Below, one piece after another: positions 26,938-37,020 of a stretch of 64,000 nucleotides of DNA. The DNA comes from a phage. How positions within the stretch are numbered: position 1 is the stretch's first letter; the number at the start of each line of letters is the position of its first letter. The position numbers and the translations under genes were made by a program. The notes beneath the pieces are model-generated. The model was not told where the DNA came from. It saw only the letters and a program-made list of their open reading frames with translations, and made no database searches. Location of the stretch: the sequence record PZ179883.1; one strand, given 5' to 3'.

Positions 26938-27519
26938 CTAACCGAGCTTTTTAGTTAATTCGTTCCAATGTTTTCTACACAAAGAAACATAAATTTCATC
27001 ACCAATACAGATTTGATTACCTTCTTTAACTGGTGTTCCATCTTCCATTAATCGAGCTGTCATAATAGCTTTTTTACCACAATGACAAACTGCCTTTAGT
27101 TCAATAAGTTTATCTGCAATCGCCAAAAGTTCTTTAGAACCTTCAAATAATTTTCCAGCGAAATCAGTCCTTAGCCCATAAGCCATAACAGGAACATTAT
27201 ATGTATCAACAATTCGACTTAATTGATGCACCTGTTCAGTTTTTAAAAACTGAGCTTCATCTACAAATACACAATGAATATCTTTTTGTGCTTCAGCCCA
27301 TTTATAGAACTCAAAAATATCCATATCATCCGTAATAATATTCGCTTCCTGCTTAATTCCAATGCGAGAAACGACTTCACAGACAGAATCGCGAGTATCA
27401 ATAGCAGGCTTAAGAACTAATACACCCATTCCGCGTTCTTTATAATTATGTGCAGCAGTCAAAAGAGAAGCAGATTTTCCAGCATTCATTGCTGCGTAAG
27501 TAAAAATTAAACTCGCCAT
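26938..27519 (-). CDS. tk: thymidine kinase
   Basis: 193 aa; P-loop YAAMNAGKS, zinc-ribbon cysteines CHCG...C. Confidence 0.9.
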   Translation of the reverse strand: MASLIFTYAAMNAGKSASLLTAAHNYKERGMGVLVLKPAIDTRDSVCEVVSRIGIKQEANIITDDMDIFEFYKWAEAQKDIHCVFVDEAQFLKTEQVHQLSRIVDTYNVPVMAYGLRTDFAGKLFEGSKELLAIADKLIELKAVCHCGKKAIMTARLMEDGTPVKEGNQICIGDEIYVSLCRKHWNELTKKLG

Positions 27520-27528
27520 ATCACCTTC

Positions 27529-27714
27529 TTAAAGCATATTCACATAAGCTATTAATTCGTTTTCTTTCTTATCAAACCGATCAGCAAATTCTTCTTGCTG
27601 TTCGGGAGATAGCGGGCCGTATTCATCATAAAAGGTGTTTGCTTCTGTATGCTCATCTAGAAGTTCATGGATAAGCTCAAACAATTTATCTTTTTGTTCT
27701 TTACTCAGACTCAT
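27529..27714 (-). CDS. hypothetical acidic protein (61 aa)
   Basis: Track ORF. Confidence 0.4.
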   Translation of the reverse strand: MSLSKEQKDKLFELIHELLDEHTEANTFYDEYGPLSPEQQEEFADRFDKKENELIAYVNML

Positions 27715-27880
27715 ATATTAATTTCCAGGAGTTTTAAAATAATTCGCTTTTGCTTAAATATTTCCATAGTTAAATGACCAGTATCTTTTTGACCGATTCC
27801 AATGGCAAAACCTTTATTGACAGCGAGTTCAATTAAATTATCAAGCTCACGTAACACTTCATACTGTAACTCAAAACTAT

Positions 27881-28093
27881 TCATTTCGGTTTACCTTCTT
27901 TAACGAAATCTGGATAAGGATAAAATCCCGAATAAAATCCTTCACCTTTATGATTGATGCATCCTTTATTAGAACAATAGCACCAATAATCGAAATCACA
28001 AGCCATTTCATCGTTGCATAAAGCAAAAACAACTGGCCATTTACACTTTTCACAATGGGCATTTTTAAGAATACTAGTTTGGCTCATAACCAT
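27881..28093 (-). CDS. cysteine-rich small protein (70 aa)
   Basis: Multiple CxxC-like pairs (CEKCKW, CDFDYWCYC, CINH). Confidence 0.45.
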   Translation of the reverse strand: MVMSQTSILKNAHCEKCKWPVVFALCNDEMACDFDYWCYCSNKGCINHKGEGFYSGFYPYPDFVKEGKPK

Positions 28094-28311
28094 GTAACCT
28101 TTAAGCAGTATTCTTCTACATGCTGTTTACGACCTTTCTTATCAATAAAGGTATATTCAACGAATGTTCCAATGTAGTCTTTATCTACATCATGCGGACT
28201 ATTAATTGGACATTTAGTACGGCAAATGCGTTCCCATTGACGAATAATTACTGCCTTATTCTTTGGGTCATATGGATGTGGATAATGTATATTCATAATA
28301 ACGGTTCCCAA
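28084..28311 (-). CDS. hypothetical protein (75 aa)
   Basis: Track ORF. Confidence 0.4.
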   Translation of the reverse strand: MGTVIMNIHYPHPYDPKNKAVIIRQWERICRTKCPINSPHDVDKDYIGTFVEYTFIDKKGRKQHVEEYCLKVTWL

Positions 28312-28760
28312 TCAACAATCACAATTTCTAATTTAGAGGAATATGTATCTAAAATCCCCTCAATAATATCCCAGTTCCCTTTACCTATGCCTGCACCAAT
28401 CCTAGGCATATAGATTGTAGGTTTAATCAGTTTATTTTCACCAAACTCATTTAATTCTAACATACAATTCATTAAAGCGGAATACTCAAAATTTGGCCCT
28501 GGTTGAAATTGAGTATAAAGGTTGAAGCAATACGCTTTATGAGTCCTAAAGTATTTTTCATAGACTGAGTAAGAACCGAGTTTAGTTACATCACCCCATT
28601 CAGTCTGTAATTTATCAGCTTCCAAAATTTTAGGGAAAGCTTTGGTTAATTGACCCGCTACGCCTGAACCCATAGTATGAAAACAATTGCATCCATGCGC
28701 AATATTTTTACCTTCAGCGAAAAGGGCGACAATATCGCCCTTGATATATTTTACAATCAT
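28293..28760 (-). CDS. macro-domain-like protein (155 aa)
   Basis: GDIV...IAHGCNC...MGSGVAG resembles the macro domain GDIT/VNAAN/GGGV phosphate-binding loops. Confidence 0.5.
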   Translation of the reverse strand: MIVKYIKGDIVALFAEGKNIAHGCNCFHTMGSGVAGQLTKAFPKILEADKLQTEWGDVTKLGSYSVYEKYFRTHKAYCFNLYTQFQPGPNFEYSALMNCMLELNEFGENKLIKPTIYMPRIGAGIGKGNWDIIEGILDTYSSKLEIVIVDWEPLL

Positions 28761-29104
28761 CTAGTACTCAATCCTCGATTATAAGAATCTACCAAACGGT
28801 CAACCATTGAATGACAAGCGGCTTTATCTTTCTCCTCCGCAACTGAACATTCTAAGGTATTCCACTTTTTAGCATATCGTTTTAATAATGTATCGTTTTT
28901 GTATCTGCTTGATTTATCTCTTTCTCCGTCTTTATATGCATATATTAATTTCTGCGCAAATTCAGCTTGGCATGCTTTATTTTTCCCACAATAATCTGCC
29001 GCAGTGCGATTTACATATTCTCTAATTTCAGTATATGATGTATCTGCTGACGCAGAAGCAGAAAATGAAATTAATCCTATACATAAAACCAAAATTTTAG
29101 TCAT
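28757..29104 (-). CDS. secreted cysteine-containing small protein (115 aa)
   Basis: Signal peptide MTKILVLCIGLISFSASASA; size and position match T4 vs, unverified. Confidence 0.45.
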   Translation of the reverse strand: MTKILVLCIGLISFSASASADTSYTEIREYVNRTAADYCGKNKACQAEFAQKLIYAYKDGERDKSSRYKNDTLLKRYAKKWNTLECSVAEEKDKAACHSMVDRLVDSYNRGLSTR

Positions 29105-29642
29105 TTACTATTTCCAAAAGTTTATTATTTTTAAGGTAATTAGCCTTTTCTAGGACTTCAGAAGCATATTTAGAACCAGCTTTAACATTCCATCCCGAAT
29201 TATAAGAGGATATTGCTTTTCTTATATCGCCCTTATGTATATTTAACCAATAAGAAAGTTCAATGTACGCCCAGGAAGCTGAATTGGATCGTTTATTCAA
29301 CATTCTTTTTATTTCAGCATCGGTCATATTATAACCAAGTTCCTTAACTCTTGCTCGCATAGTAGGCAAATAATTTTGGAACATTCCATAAGCGTGATGC
29401 TTTGGTTTAGATTTTAAATTAACTCCGCCAGAGCTTTCTTGCCATAAAATAGCAGCCATTATATGACCTAATCCGCTCTTGTGGATATTTTTGTGTGTTT
29501 TATATTTTCCATCCTTAGAAAATTGTTCCCCGAATTGATACGCGTAACGCATGTTATCGAGTTGGACATTACTGAAAGTATGCTCGGAGCTATGTGCCAT
29601 CATTGAAATGGCCAATAGACCAGCGAGTAGTGCTTTTCTCAT
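29097..29642 (-). CDS. secreted SLT-domain (lytic transglycosylase-like) protein
   Basis: Signal peptide MRKALLAGLLAISMMAHS; ILWQESSGG motif resembling the GH23/SLT catalytic QES motif. Confidence 0.5.
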   Translation of the reverse strand: MRKALLAGLLAISMMAHSSEHTFSNVQLDNMRYAYQFGEQFSKDGKYKTHKNIHKSGLGHIMAAILWQESSGGVNLKSKPKHHAYGMFQNYLPTMRARVKELGYNMTDAEIKRMLNKRSNSASWAYIELSYWLNIHKGDIRKAISSYNSGWNVKAGSKYASEVLEKANYLKNNKLLEIVND

Positions 29643-29649
29643 GCTTACC

Positions 29650-30111
29650 TCATTGAGTTTTAATTACTGCTTTAGAAGCCTTTCCTGGTAAACGACGACT
29701 GTTGATAATTGCCATCCTACATTGAAGTGACGGGTCTTTGAACTTCGCGTTAGGTTTACAAACTGTAAATCCAAGCCAAAGATTTCCATCTGTGATTTCT
29801 AAACGTCCAGGACGATATTCAACCCCATCAATAAAATCCTCGTCAATGTCAGGACGCGGAGGCATACTCAGGAATTCATTAACTTCTAAAACATGGTCTT
29901 TTATTTTATGGAATAATTCAAAAACATATGTCTCATCAATCTCCCGTTGAATTGCACGATCAAGAAGATGCTGAGAATATTTTAGATGAAACGATGAGAC
30001 CCCTGCTGCTTTTGATGCCTCACGAATCTCATTGTTAATTTGACGAAACTCCGACTCAAAGTGACGACGAAGCTTATTTCGACGGATAAAAACTTCTGTA
30101 TTGATAGTCAT
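29650..30111 (-). CDS. regB: endoribonuclease RegB
   Basis: 153 aa, same length and position as T4 regB; early promoter immediately upstream. Confidence 0.65.
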   Translation of the reverse strand: MTINTEVFIRRNKLRRHFESEFRQINNEIREASKAAGVSSFHLKYSQHLLDRAIQREIDETYVFELFHKIKDHVLEVNEFLSMPPRPDIDEDFIDGVEYRPGRLEITDGNLWLGFTVCKPNAKFKDPSLQCRMAIINSRRLPGKASKAVIKTQ

Positions 30112-30138
30112 GTTATTCTCCTCTTAACTGATAGAAAA

Positions 30139-30168
30139 ATTATACCACAGTCAAGAGGAAAAGTAAAC
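30139..30168 (-). promoter_or_regulatory. early promoter upstream of regB (GTTTAC, 18 nt, TGGTATAAT)
   Basis: GTTTAC 30163-30168, TATAAT 30139-30144; 28 nt before regB ATG. Confidence 0.65.
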
Positions 30169-30170
30169 AG

Positions 30171-30491
30171 TTATTCTTTAAATCTAATCAATTTATTCAT
30201 AGACTTTGAAACTTCTGCACGAACCTCATGTAGATTTTTGAGCTGTTCAAGACGCTGCTCATAGTAAGCAATTTCATCTTCTTCGAGACAGTCCTGTGAA
30301 TCTTCTTTAAGATAACGTGCATAGTCCTGGAAAGCGTTACGAACTACTTCCTGGAAGTCATCAAGACTTTGAATTTTCTTAGGAGCAACAGATACACGAC
30401 GAGGGGCAGTATAATACTCATAACCAAACCCTGCGCTTAATTGAGCCATTAGTATTTTTCCTCTGGTTGGAACACTGCGCGACAAGCCCAC
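30171..30491 (-). CDS. hypothetical protein (106 aa)
   Basis: Track ORF. Confidence 0.45.
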   Translation of the reverse strand: MGLSRSVPTRGKILMAQLSAGFGYEYYTAPRRVSVAPKKIQSLDDFQEVVRNAFQDYARYLKEDSQDCLEEDEIAYYEQRLEQLKNLHEVRAEVSKSMNKLIRFKE

Positions 30492-30715
30492 ATACTGGCT
30501 TCTTTGAGTTTCATTTTAGCAATAGTTAACTGATCGAGGCTTTCGGCGTAATTCTTCGCGAGTTCATCATCTTCACAGCTATCAAATGCTTCCCAGAATT
30601 CATCATATAAAGCATCAAAGATAAGCCCTAAACGAACTTCAGCATCTTTGATAGCATTCACTTTACTGATTTTATCGTCAGTATGTGGTTTATAACCTTT
30701 AATGTCTTCAATCAT
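30449..30715 (-). CDS. small acidic protein (88 aa); candidate Acb2-type nucleotide sponge by synteny only
   Basis: Second ORF after regB, the position of T4 vs.4; no sequence confirmation. Confidence 0.3.
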   Translation of the reverse strand: MIEDIKGYKPHTDDKISKVNAIKDAEVRLGLIFDALYDEFWEAFDSCEDDELAKNYAESLDQLTIAKMKLKEASMWACRAVFQPEEKY

Positions 30716-30929
30716 ATTTTACTTCCTCACCTGTTCCCAAATCATATTCAACTAAACGAATAGGTTCATGAATGCCATATCCTTGAACAGAAATTTCTGT
30801 CGTAGGATAAATTCCATTAATATCACCCATGTTCCACGCTTCATTAAATTGCTGTTCGCCTGAATTACTAAACCACTCGGCGAAAGCATTTAGCACATCT
30901 TCAGAACCTTCAATAATTATCTTTGCCAT
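30708..30929 (-). CDS. hypothetical protein (73 aa)
   Basis: Track ORF. Confidence 0.4.
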   Translation of the reverse strand: MAKIIIEGSEDVLNAFAEWFSNSGEQQFNEAWNMGDINGIYPTTEISVQGYGIHEPIRLVEYDLGTGEEVKYD

Positions 30930-31303
30930 TACAAACTCTCAGTAAAGGTACGAGCGATAACGTCGCGCTGCTGTTCCGGAGTCAGAGAGTTAAAGCGAAC
31001 TGCATAACCGGATACACGGATGGTCAGCTGCGGATATTTTTCCGGATGCTTAACTGCATCTTCCAGAGTTTCGCGACGCAGAACGTTAACGTTCAGGTGT
31101 TGACCACCTTCAATTTTAACTGTAGGTTGTGTTTCAATTTCAATTTCACGGGCATGCAAACCATAGAAAATTTCTGGGTCTACAAAAGAGTCCTCTTTAA
31201 AAGTTTTAGAGACAATAATTCGTGCTTGAATACCATCTTCAAAATAAATAGTACCTTTATGCGTGCCTTCAAGAATTTGATATGCTTTCATATAACCTCT
31301 CAA
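30929..31303 (-). CDS. autonomous glycyl radical cofactor (GrcA/YfiD-like)
   Basis: C-terminal [25 protein letters not shown], the glycyl-radical loop of PFL/GrcA; a T4 YfiD homologue is known. Confidence 0.75.
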   Translation of the reverse strand: MRGYMKAYQILEGTHKGTIYFEDGIQARIIVSKTFKEDSFVDPEIFYGLHAREIEIETQPTVKIEGGQHLNVNVLRRETLEDAVKHPEKYPQLTIRVSGYAVRFNSLTPEQQRDVIARTFTESL

Positions 31304-31629
31304 TTAGAAAATAAATTTATCCAAGATTGCTCTTTAATTAAAAATGGCTCAGAATCATATGCCATTAAACTTTGGGTGATTAGTCCTTTAAAAGGTCCAT
31401 CAATAAATTCCATGGCAAAATATGGAATTTTATTCATTAATCTTGCATTAGGAGCAGTGCACAAAACTCTGCATCCTTTGAATACGCCTTTTTGTAATTT
31501 GTATTGCTTAGGATAAAATTCGCTCAAGGCGTTGTTATTTGCCAAAATTTCAAAATGATTCACCAATTTATTTTTAATAGTTTTTGGCGAAAAATAAAGA
31601 TATTCGAAAAGTTGCGTGTCTGTCATCAT
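31300..31629 (-). CDS. hypothetical protein (about 109 aa from internal ATG)
   Basis: Track ORF 31300-31680 trimmed to Met18 to remove overlap with upstream gene. Confidence 0.4.
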   Translation of the reverse strand: MMTDTQLFEYLYFSPKTIKNKLVNHFEILANNNALSEFYPKQYKLQKGVFKGCRVLCTAPNARLMNKIPYFAMEFIDGPFKGLITQSLMAYDSEPFLIKEQSWINLFSN

Positions 31630-32213
31630 TGCATTCCGATTATGAAAAACTGTGGACGAGTAATACCACCAATGCAGCATTTACTATTGCAACAGTGGTG
31701 CACAGTTTCAATATGAATATCGTAAATTTTATCCATATCAGGAGATTTAACAGGCTCATCGATTATATACAAAATCCGCGAAAGCGATAAACCTCTGAAC
31801 TTGCTTCCTTTATTACCGATAAAACTACGGATAGAATCGGTAAATAAGCGGAATCGAATATCATCGCTAGAATAACGAGAAAACTCTTTTTTAATGTGGC
31901 CCGCAGAAATTTTAGCGTAAGCTGAAGTATTAGAAAGAACAATAACTGTTCCACCATCATACAGCCAATTAGCAGCGAAGTTAGTCACAGCAGTTGATTT
32001 ACCAGATTGACGCCCACCATCTAGTCGAAGTGTACAATACTGTTTAAGTAAGTCTTCAAATGGCGGGATATATTCGTTTTTACAAATTTCTTCTACTCTA
32101 GCATCAGAATGGTGTGTAAAAGCATTCATCAGGGATAGATAAGGACCAGTTAAAAATGTTCTCATTTTATTCTCTCTAAATTTGGGCCATTCCATGGCGC
32201 ATGAATTGTCCAT
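31626..32213 (-). CDS. P-loop NTPase-like protein (195 aa)
   Basis: Walker A GGRQSGKST, Walker B-like LYIIDEP; start codon choice uncertain. Confidence 0.5.
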   Translation of the reverse strand: MDNSCAMEWPKFRENKMRTFLTGPYLSLMNAFTHHSDARVEEICKNEYIPPFEDLLKQYCTLRLDGGRQSGKSTAVTNFAANWLYDGGTVIVLSNTSAYAKISAGHIKKEFSRYSSDDIRFRLFTDSIRSFIGNKGSKFRGLSLSRILYIIDEPVKSPDMDKIYDIHIETVHHCCNSKCCIGGITRPQFFIIGMQ

Positions 32214-32310
32214 TTCTGTATTTACCCATTACCGCACTTGGGCTCGACCTTATTACAGGTTGGCGGGAATCCCTCACAGAATCATGAGGTCCAGGTTATT
32301 CCCATGTTAT

Positions 32311-32727
32311 TTAAATGTAAATATTTTTGCCGTAATACTTATACCAGTGTGGCTTCATTAAAATTTTTTCATCGAGTCGTTGTTGACTCAACTTAATAGC
32401 TGATTTGCATGGATTATAATCATTTTTCCATTCTACTGGAATATCGCTGATGTCAGGAACTTCAGTATCTTTTATACTGAACCCGCGTTTTAAGCATTCC
32501 GTTATAATGTCCGATTGACGCTTTCGCAAAAATTCTAACTTATCGTAAAAGAAAGTAACATGACCAGAACCTAAAATAAATTTAGAAGATATTTTAAAAT
32601 CTTTAACGCGCTTACCATTTGCCACATGTTTACGAACTATACCAAAAACACGTGGCAATTCACGATACTCAGCCATAAGATGTTGGTCGGTCAGTTCAGA
32701 AACAAGTGTTAAATTGATACGAGTCAT
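32311..32727 (-). CDS. denV: endonuclease V (pyrimidine dimer DNA glycosylase)
   Basis: From ATG 32725-32727 with GGAGGA RBS: [29 protein letters not shown]..., 138 aa, matches recalled T4 DenV. Confidence 0.9.
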   Translation of the reverse strand: MTRINLTLVSELTDQHLMAEYRELPRVFGIVRKHVANGKRVKDFKISSKFILGSGHVTFFYDKLEFLRKRQSDIITECLKRGFSIKDTEVPDISDIPVEWKNDYNPCKSAIKLSQQRLDEKILMKPHWYKYYGKNIYI

Positions 32728-32754
32728 AATTTCCTCCAAGTAGTTGATGAATGT

Positions 32755-32784
32755 ATAGTATCAAAGTCCTTGGAGGAAGTAAAC
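32755..32784 (-). promoter_or_regulatory. early promoter upstream of denV
   Basis: GTTTAC 32779-32784, TACTAT 32755-32760; between ipII stop and denV start. Confidence 0.6.
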
Positions 32785-32785
32785 A

Positions 32786-33588
<803 letters not shown>

Positions 33589-34044
33589 TTAAAAGAGGCT
33601 GTTCATTATTCGGTAAAGTGAAGGGCCCATCACATATTGCCACTGAGTACGAGGAATAAGGGCAAAAGCATCCATCTCTGGAATCATAACACCATCTTTA
33701 TTTTCAAAATAAGACTCGCAATGGCAATTTCTAAACATCTCATGCTCTACTGGAATCGTATAATAAAATAACTGTAAGTCTTTATTACTAGAATATTTAA
33801 ATACACCTAGGTCTTCTAGAAGGTCTGGATTATAATTGCTAAAACCAGTCTCTTCTAAACATTCTCTTCGTGCTGCATCTAGTGCGTTTAAATCAGAATT
33901 TTCTACACGGCCTTTTGGAATATCCCAGCGATGTGCCATCATTCCAGGCTTACGAGAACCAGTAACCCGTCCCATGAATAAATCTTTATCTTCTGTCATA
34001 AAGATAATACCAGCTGATAATGTTTTCATTTTAATTTCCTGCAT
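33589..34044 (-). CDS. nudE: Nudix hydrolase
   Basis: 151 aa; Nudix box GRVENSDLNALDAARRECLEETG. Confidence 0.8.
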   Translation of the reverse strand: MQEIKMKTLSAGIIFMTEDKDLFMGRVTGSRKPGMMAHRWDIPKGRVENSDLNALDAARRECLEETGFSNYNPDLLEDLGVFKYSSNKDLQLFYYTIPVEHEMFRNCHCESYFENKDGVMIPEMDAFALIPRTQWQYVMGPSLYRIMNSLF

Positions 34045-34514
34045 TCAATGATAAAGTTATTTAAATTTTGAGTATATTTCTTTTCATCAAAAATCTTTTG
34101 TTGTCTGCGTAGCCGCCATGGCATTTCGATGAACACACACCATATTCCTGATAGTATTGCTGCTGTCAAAATATTAACAAGTATGATTAAAAGAATCCAA
34201 TCTCCCGTTCTGCCTACTGGACTTTCTCCAAAGAAGCAAAATACAAATGATGTCACAGGAAAACTAATAATGTACCACAGAATCATAATTTTATCTGTGA
34301 ACCAATCAGCGTTCGTTAATTTAGCGCGACCATTATGAATACATACGAATTTATCATCTGTTGCAGTAGATGGCTTAACTGGTTGATATCCCATTCTAAA
34401 CTCCCTAATCAGCAAATTTTTCATATCTTCGGAACAGCCATTCCAGTCAACTCTATCAACTGGAATGCCATCATCCCCATCATCTAAATCATACCAGCGA
34501 GTTTTTAAAATCAT
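34026..34514 (-). CDS. membrane protein (162 aa)
   Basis: Hydrophobic helices ILWYIISFPVTSFVFCFF and LLIILVNILTAAILSGIWCVFI. Confidence 0.5.
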   Translation of the reverse strand: MILKTRWYDLDDGDDGIPVDRVDWNGCSEDMKNLLIREFRMGYQPVKPSTATDDKFVCIHNGRAKLTNADWFTDKIMILWYIISFPVTSFVFCFFGESPVGRTGDWILLIILVNILTAAILSGIWCVFIEMPWRLRRQQKIFDEKKYTQNLNNFIIECRKLK

Positions 34515-34873
34515 CTGATTTTCCTACAATCACTCACAAACTCTTTCATTGATTCATTTTCAATATAAGACATGTAGCTATTATATTCTTTTAATTGTAT
34601 TTTGTAATCCTTTTTTCTTTGCCAATTTATTTTAAAATTATCATAATGAAAATATAGAATGATACAAAAGAATGAAAATAATGAAATAATTTTAGTATAG
34701 CGAAGTTCACTCCAAACTTCTATTATATTTACTGTGCCATCGATGTTTAAAATAAGACAGTCAATTAACAATCCAAAAAGACTACCCGCAAGAGCTGCAG
34801 CCAACGCCACAGCAAAAATTAAAAATGACTCAGGAAGCGAATATTTGACTTTATTTAGTTTTGGCTTTTGCAT
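34511..34873 (-). CDS. membrane protein (120 aa)
   Basis: Hydrophobic helices FLIFAVALAAALAGSLFGLLIDCLIL and ISLFSFFCIILYF. Confidence 0.5.
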   Translation of the reverse strand: MQKPKLNKVKYSLPESFLIFAVALAAALAGSLFGLLIDCLILNIDGTVNIIEVWSELRYTKIISLFSFFCIILYFHYDNFKINWQRKKDYKIQLKEYNSYMSYIENESMKEFVSDCRKIR

Positions 34874-35268
34874 CGTGATTCCTTAACAAATTTCATAATT
34901 TCATCAAATTCATACGCAGCAAGTTTAAGCTGATATTCCTTTTTAATCTTTTTACACTGTGCTTTCCAATCACGTACACGTTTACGATAATGTCTTCCTT
35001 GATACCAGTATCCTACCCAATTTACAGGTACTAATAAAAGTGGAACTATTAATGGAAGAATTAGCATTAACACAAGTATTTCGCCAGAATCAATATCAGT
35101 CATAACATCTAAAACACCTCCAATAATCAATAGAATTACAAATGATATGAGTATAACAGGACCTATTAACACATCAGTAGAAATTATCTGACGCTTTGGT
35201 TCATACTTCACAGGTTTACTTGGAAGGTATAGTGATGGTTTTGACATATTCTCTACATTCCTTAACAA
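34855..35268 (-). CDS. membrane protein (137 aa or shorter)
   Basis: Two hydrophobic helices; N-terminus overlaps upstream gene. Confidence 0.45.
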   Translation of the reverse strand: MLRNVENMSKPSLYLPSKPVKYEPKRQIISTDVLIGPVILISFVILLIIGGVLDVMTDIDSGEILVLMLILPLIVPLLLVPVNWVGYWYQGRHYRKRVRDWKAQCKKIKKEYQLKLAAYEFDEIMKFVKESRCKSQN

Positions 35269-35824
35269 ATTTTTCTAGTAATAAATCACTTTCAAAATTG
35301 GGATTTTCTACAAATTTATCAAAAAGATCATCAACAATAGTTAAGATATTCTTTTTACTAAGAATACGTTTATTTTCATGCTTCGTTTCAGAATCAACTA
35401 TAAGAGTAAAGAAATATTTCTTGCCCTGAAATTTTACAGTAGTATCAATATAAAATAAATTTGACTTTTGTAAATTACGTTTAAACCATGCGTCACTTAA
35501 ACTATAAATGCCAAGATAATCATAATCGTCGTTTAAATAACAAACTGTCCATTCAGGAGAAATGAAATCAGTAAATTCAACATCAAAATCACATGTCAAT
35601 GAATGAATTGATTCAATACTGTTAATAAGTATTCCAGGACGTATTAAGGACTTTTTACCTCTATAAAATCTTCCAGAAAGACTTTCGTCAGTTTCATACG
35701 AAGACCCCCAATAGTAATTACGCCCTTCTGCCATACGTTTAAGAGCATTTAGTAATTGGTCTGGAACATCAACATGTCTTTGGAACTCTTCAAACATTGA
35801 ATTGAAATCATTTTGCATTCTCAT
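35216..35824 (-). CDS. hypothetical protein (202 aa)
   Basis: Track ORF preceded by hairpin. Confidence 0.5.
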   Translation of the reverse strand: MRMQNDFNSMFEEFQRHVDVPDQLLNALKRMAEGRNYYWGSSYETDESLSGRFYRGKKSLIRPGILINSIESIHSLTCDFDVEFTDFISPEWTVCYLNDDYDYLGIYSLSDAWFKRNLQKSNLFYIDTTVKFQGKKYFFTLIVDSETKHENKRILSKKNILTIVDDLFDKFVENPNFESDLLLEKFVKECREYVKTITIPSK

Positions 35825-35841
35825 TCCTATTTACTCCAAGT

Positions 35842-35861
35842 ATAAGGGGCCGAAGCCCCTT
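35842..35861 (-). terminator. UUCG-tetraloop stem-loop after coiled-coil gene
   Basis: UAAGGGGC-UUCG-GCCCCUUA; weak U tract. Confidence 0.45.
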
Positions 35862-35865
35862 ATCA

Positions 35866-36459
35866 TTATTTCAGAGAATTAATGTATTCCTGAACATCAG
35901 CAGAGGTAGTTTCAACCCCAGAAATATTACCGTTAAAGGTTTCAACTCGAGCAAGGGTATCTTCAATATCAACCTTAGTCAGTGCTGCAATTTCAACTAC
36001 ATCATCGGCAGTACTAATTCCAAGGGCATTTGCTGCACGAGTTTCACGGATATATTCCAATTTAACCGCAAGTTCTTGACGAGCATCATCTAACTCAACT
36101 ACTTTCTTGGCGATTTCAATTCGCATTTCAGCATAACCGTCAGCCTTAGTAGTCAACTGCTCAGCTGTTCGACGATATAGTAAACCGAGTTTAGCATGCA
36201 TTGTTACATCTTGGCCTTCGGAAAGAAGTTTACGAATTTCACGCTCTTTTGATTCGGCCTGTCGATTCTTTTCGATAACAAGTTCACGAATACGTTTTTC
36301 TTCGTTAATAGATTTAACAGAAGCAGTTTTTAGATCTTTAATTTTATCAAGTAGTTTTGCTGCTGCAGCAGTATACTGTTCTTCGACAGATAGATTTTTA
36401 GCCATAGCAGAACCAAGTTTAGTGCGAATAAACTCAACAATTTTCTTCAGTGTGTTCAT
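35866..36459 (-). CDS. long alpha-helical coiled-coil protein, PspA/IM30-like pattern (197 aa)
   Basis: ATG with AAGGAAA RBS; continuous charged heptad-like helices; PspA assignment is inferential. Confidence 0.4.
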   Translation of the reverse strand: MNTLKKIVEFIRTKLGSAMAKNLSVEEQYTAAAAKLLDKIKDLKTASVKSINEEKRIRELVIEKNRQAESKEREIRKLLSEGQDVTMHAKLGLLYRRTAEQLTTKADGYAEMRIEIAKKVVELDDARQELAVKLEYIRETRAANALGISTADDVVEIAALTKVDIEDTLARVETFNGNISGVETTSADVQEYINSLK

Positions 36460-36560
36460 AGTATTTCCTTAGGTTAATTGAGATTTAAAATCCGTAGGAG
36501 TATAATACTCTATCGTCAAATTATAGGCTCATAATATCTCAATCATGAGCCTGCGTAAAC

Positions 36561-36824
36561 TTATTTCATATTATTGAAATATTCTTCTGCGATTTCGTCG
36601 TTATCATGGTAAACTTTAGAAGACAGTTTAACATAACCTTCTGCTGTGAACATATTAATCACAACTTTTACAGTATACCACTGACCGTCTTCATTACCCA
36701 TTACTGCGTAAGTTTCAAACATCGGATGGTCAGGACCGATGACTTTAATATCATTCACTGTACGACCGAAATCTTCTGAAACGCATTTCATAAAGAAGTT
36801 GAACAGTTCGCCGTAATTATCCAT
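36561..36824 (-). CDS. hypothetical protein (87 aa)
   Basis: Track ORF trimmed to ATG 36822-36824 with GGAGAA RBS, downstream of early promoter. Confidence 0.5.
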   Translation of the reverse strand: MDNYGELFNFFMKCVSEDFGRTVNDIKVIGPDHPMFETYAVMGNEDGQWYTVKVVINMFTAEGYVKLSSKVYHDNDEIAEEYFNNMK

Positions 36825-36867
36825 TTCATTCTCCAAGTTGTTTTCTGTATCAGTAGTTGATAGTTGT

Positions 36868-36897
36868 ATAGTACCATGGAAGAACAGAGATGTAAAC
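36868..36897 (-). promoter_or_regulatory. early promoter (GTTTAC, 18 nt, TGGTACTAT)
   Basis: GTTTAC 36892-36897, TACTAT 36868-36873; AAAAATTTTTTCACAAAA upstream element. Confidence 0.6.
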
Positions 36898-37020
36898 AGT
36901 TTTGTGAAAAAATTTTTAGGGAATTCTAGGGCAGGGATGGGCAATTAAAGGATAGGATAATATATTATAAAGGGTATAAACTAAATGATGCCTAGAGAGG
37001 TCCAGAAAGGCCTAGATACC

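Noticed and set aside
27877-28062. Minus-strand ORF 27877-28062 (61 aa)
   Set aside because: Alternative frame almost fully overlapping the cysteine-rich ORF 27881-28093, which has the more protein-like composition
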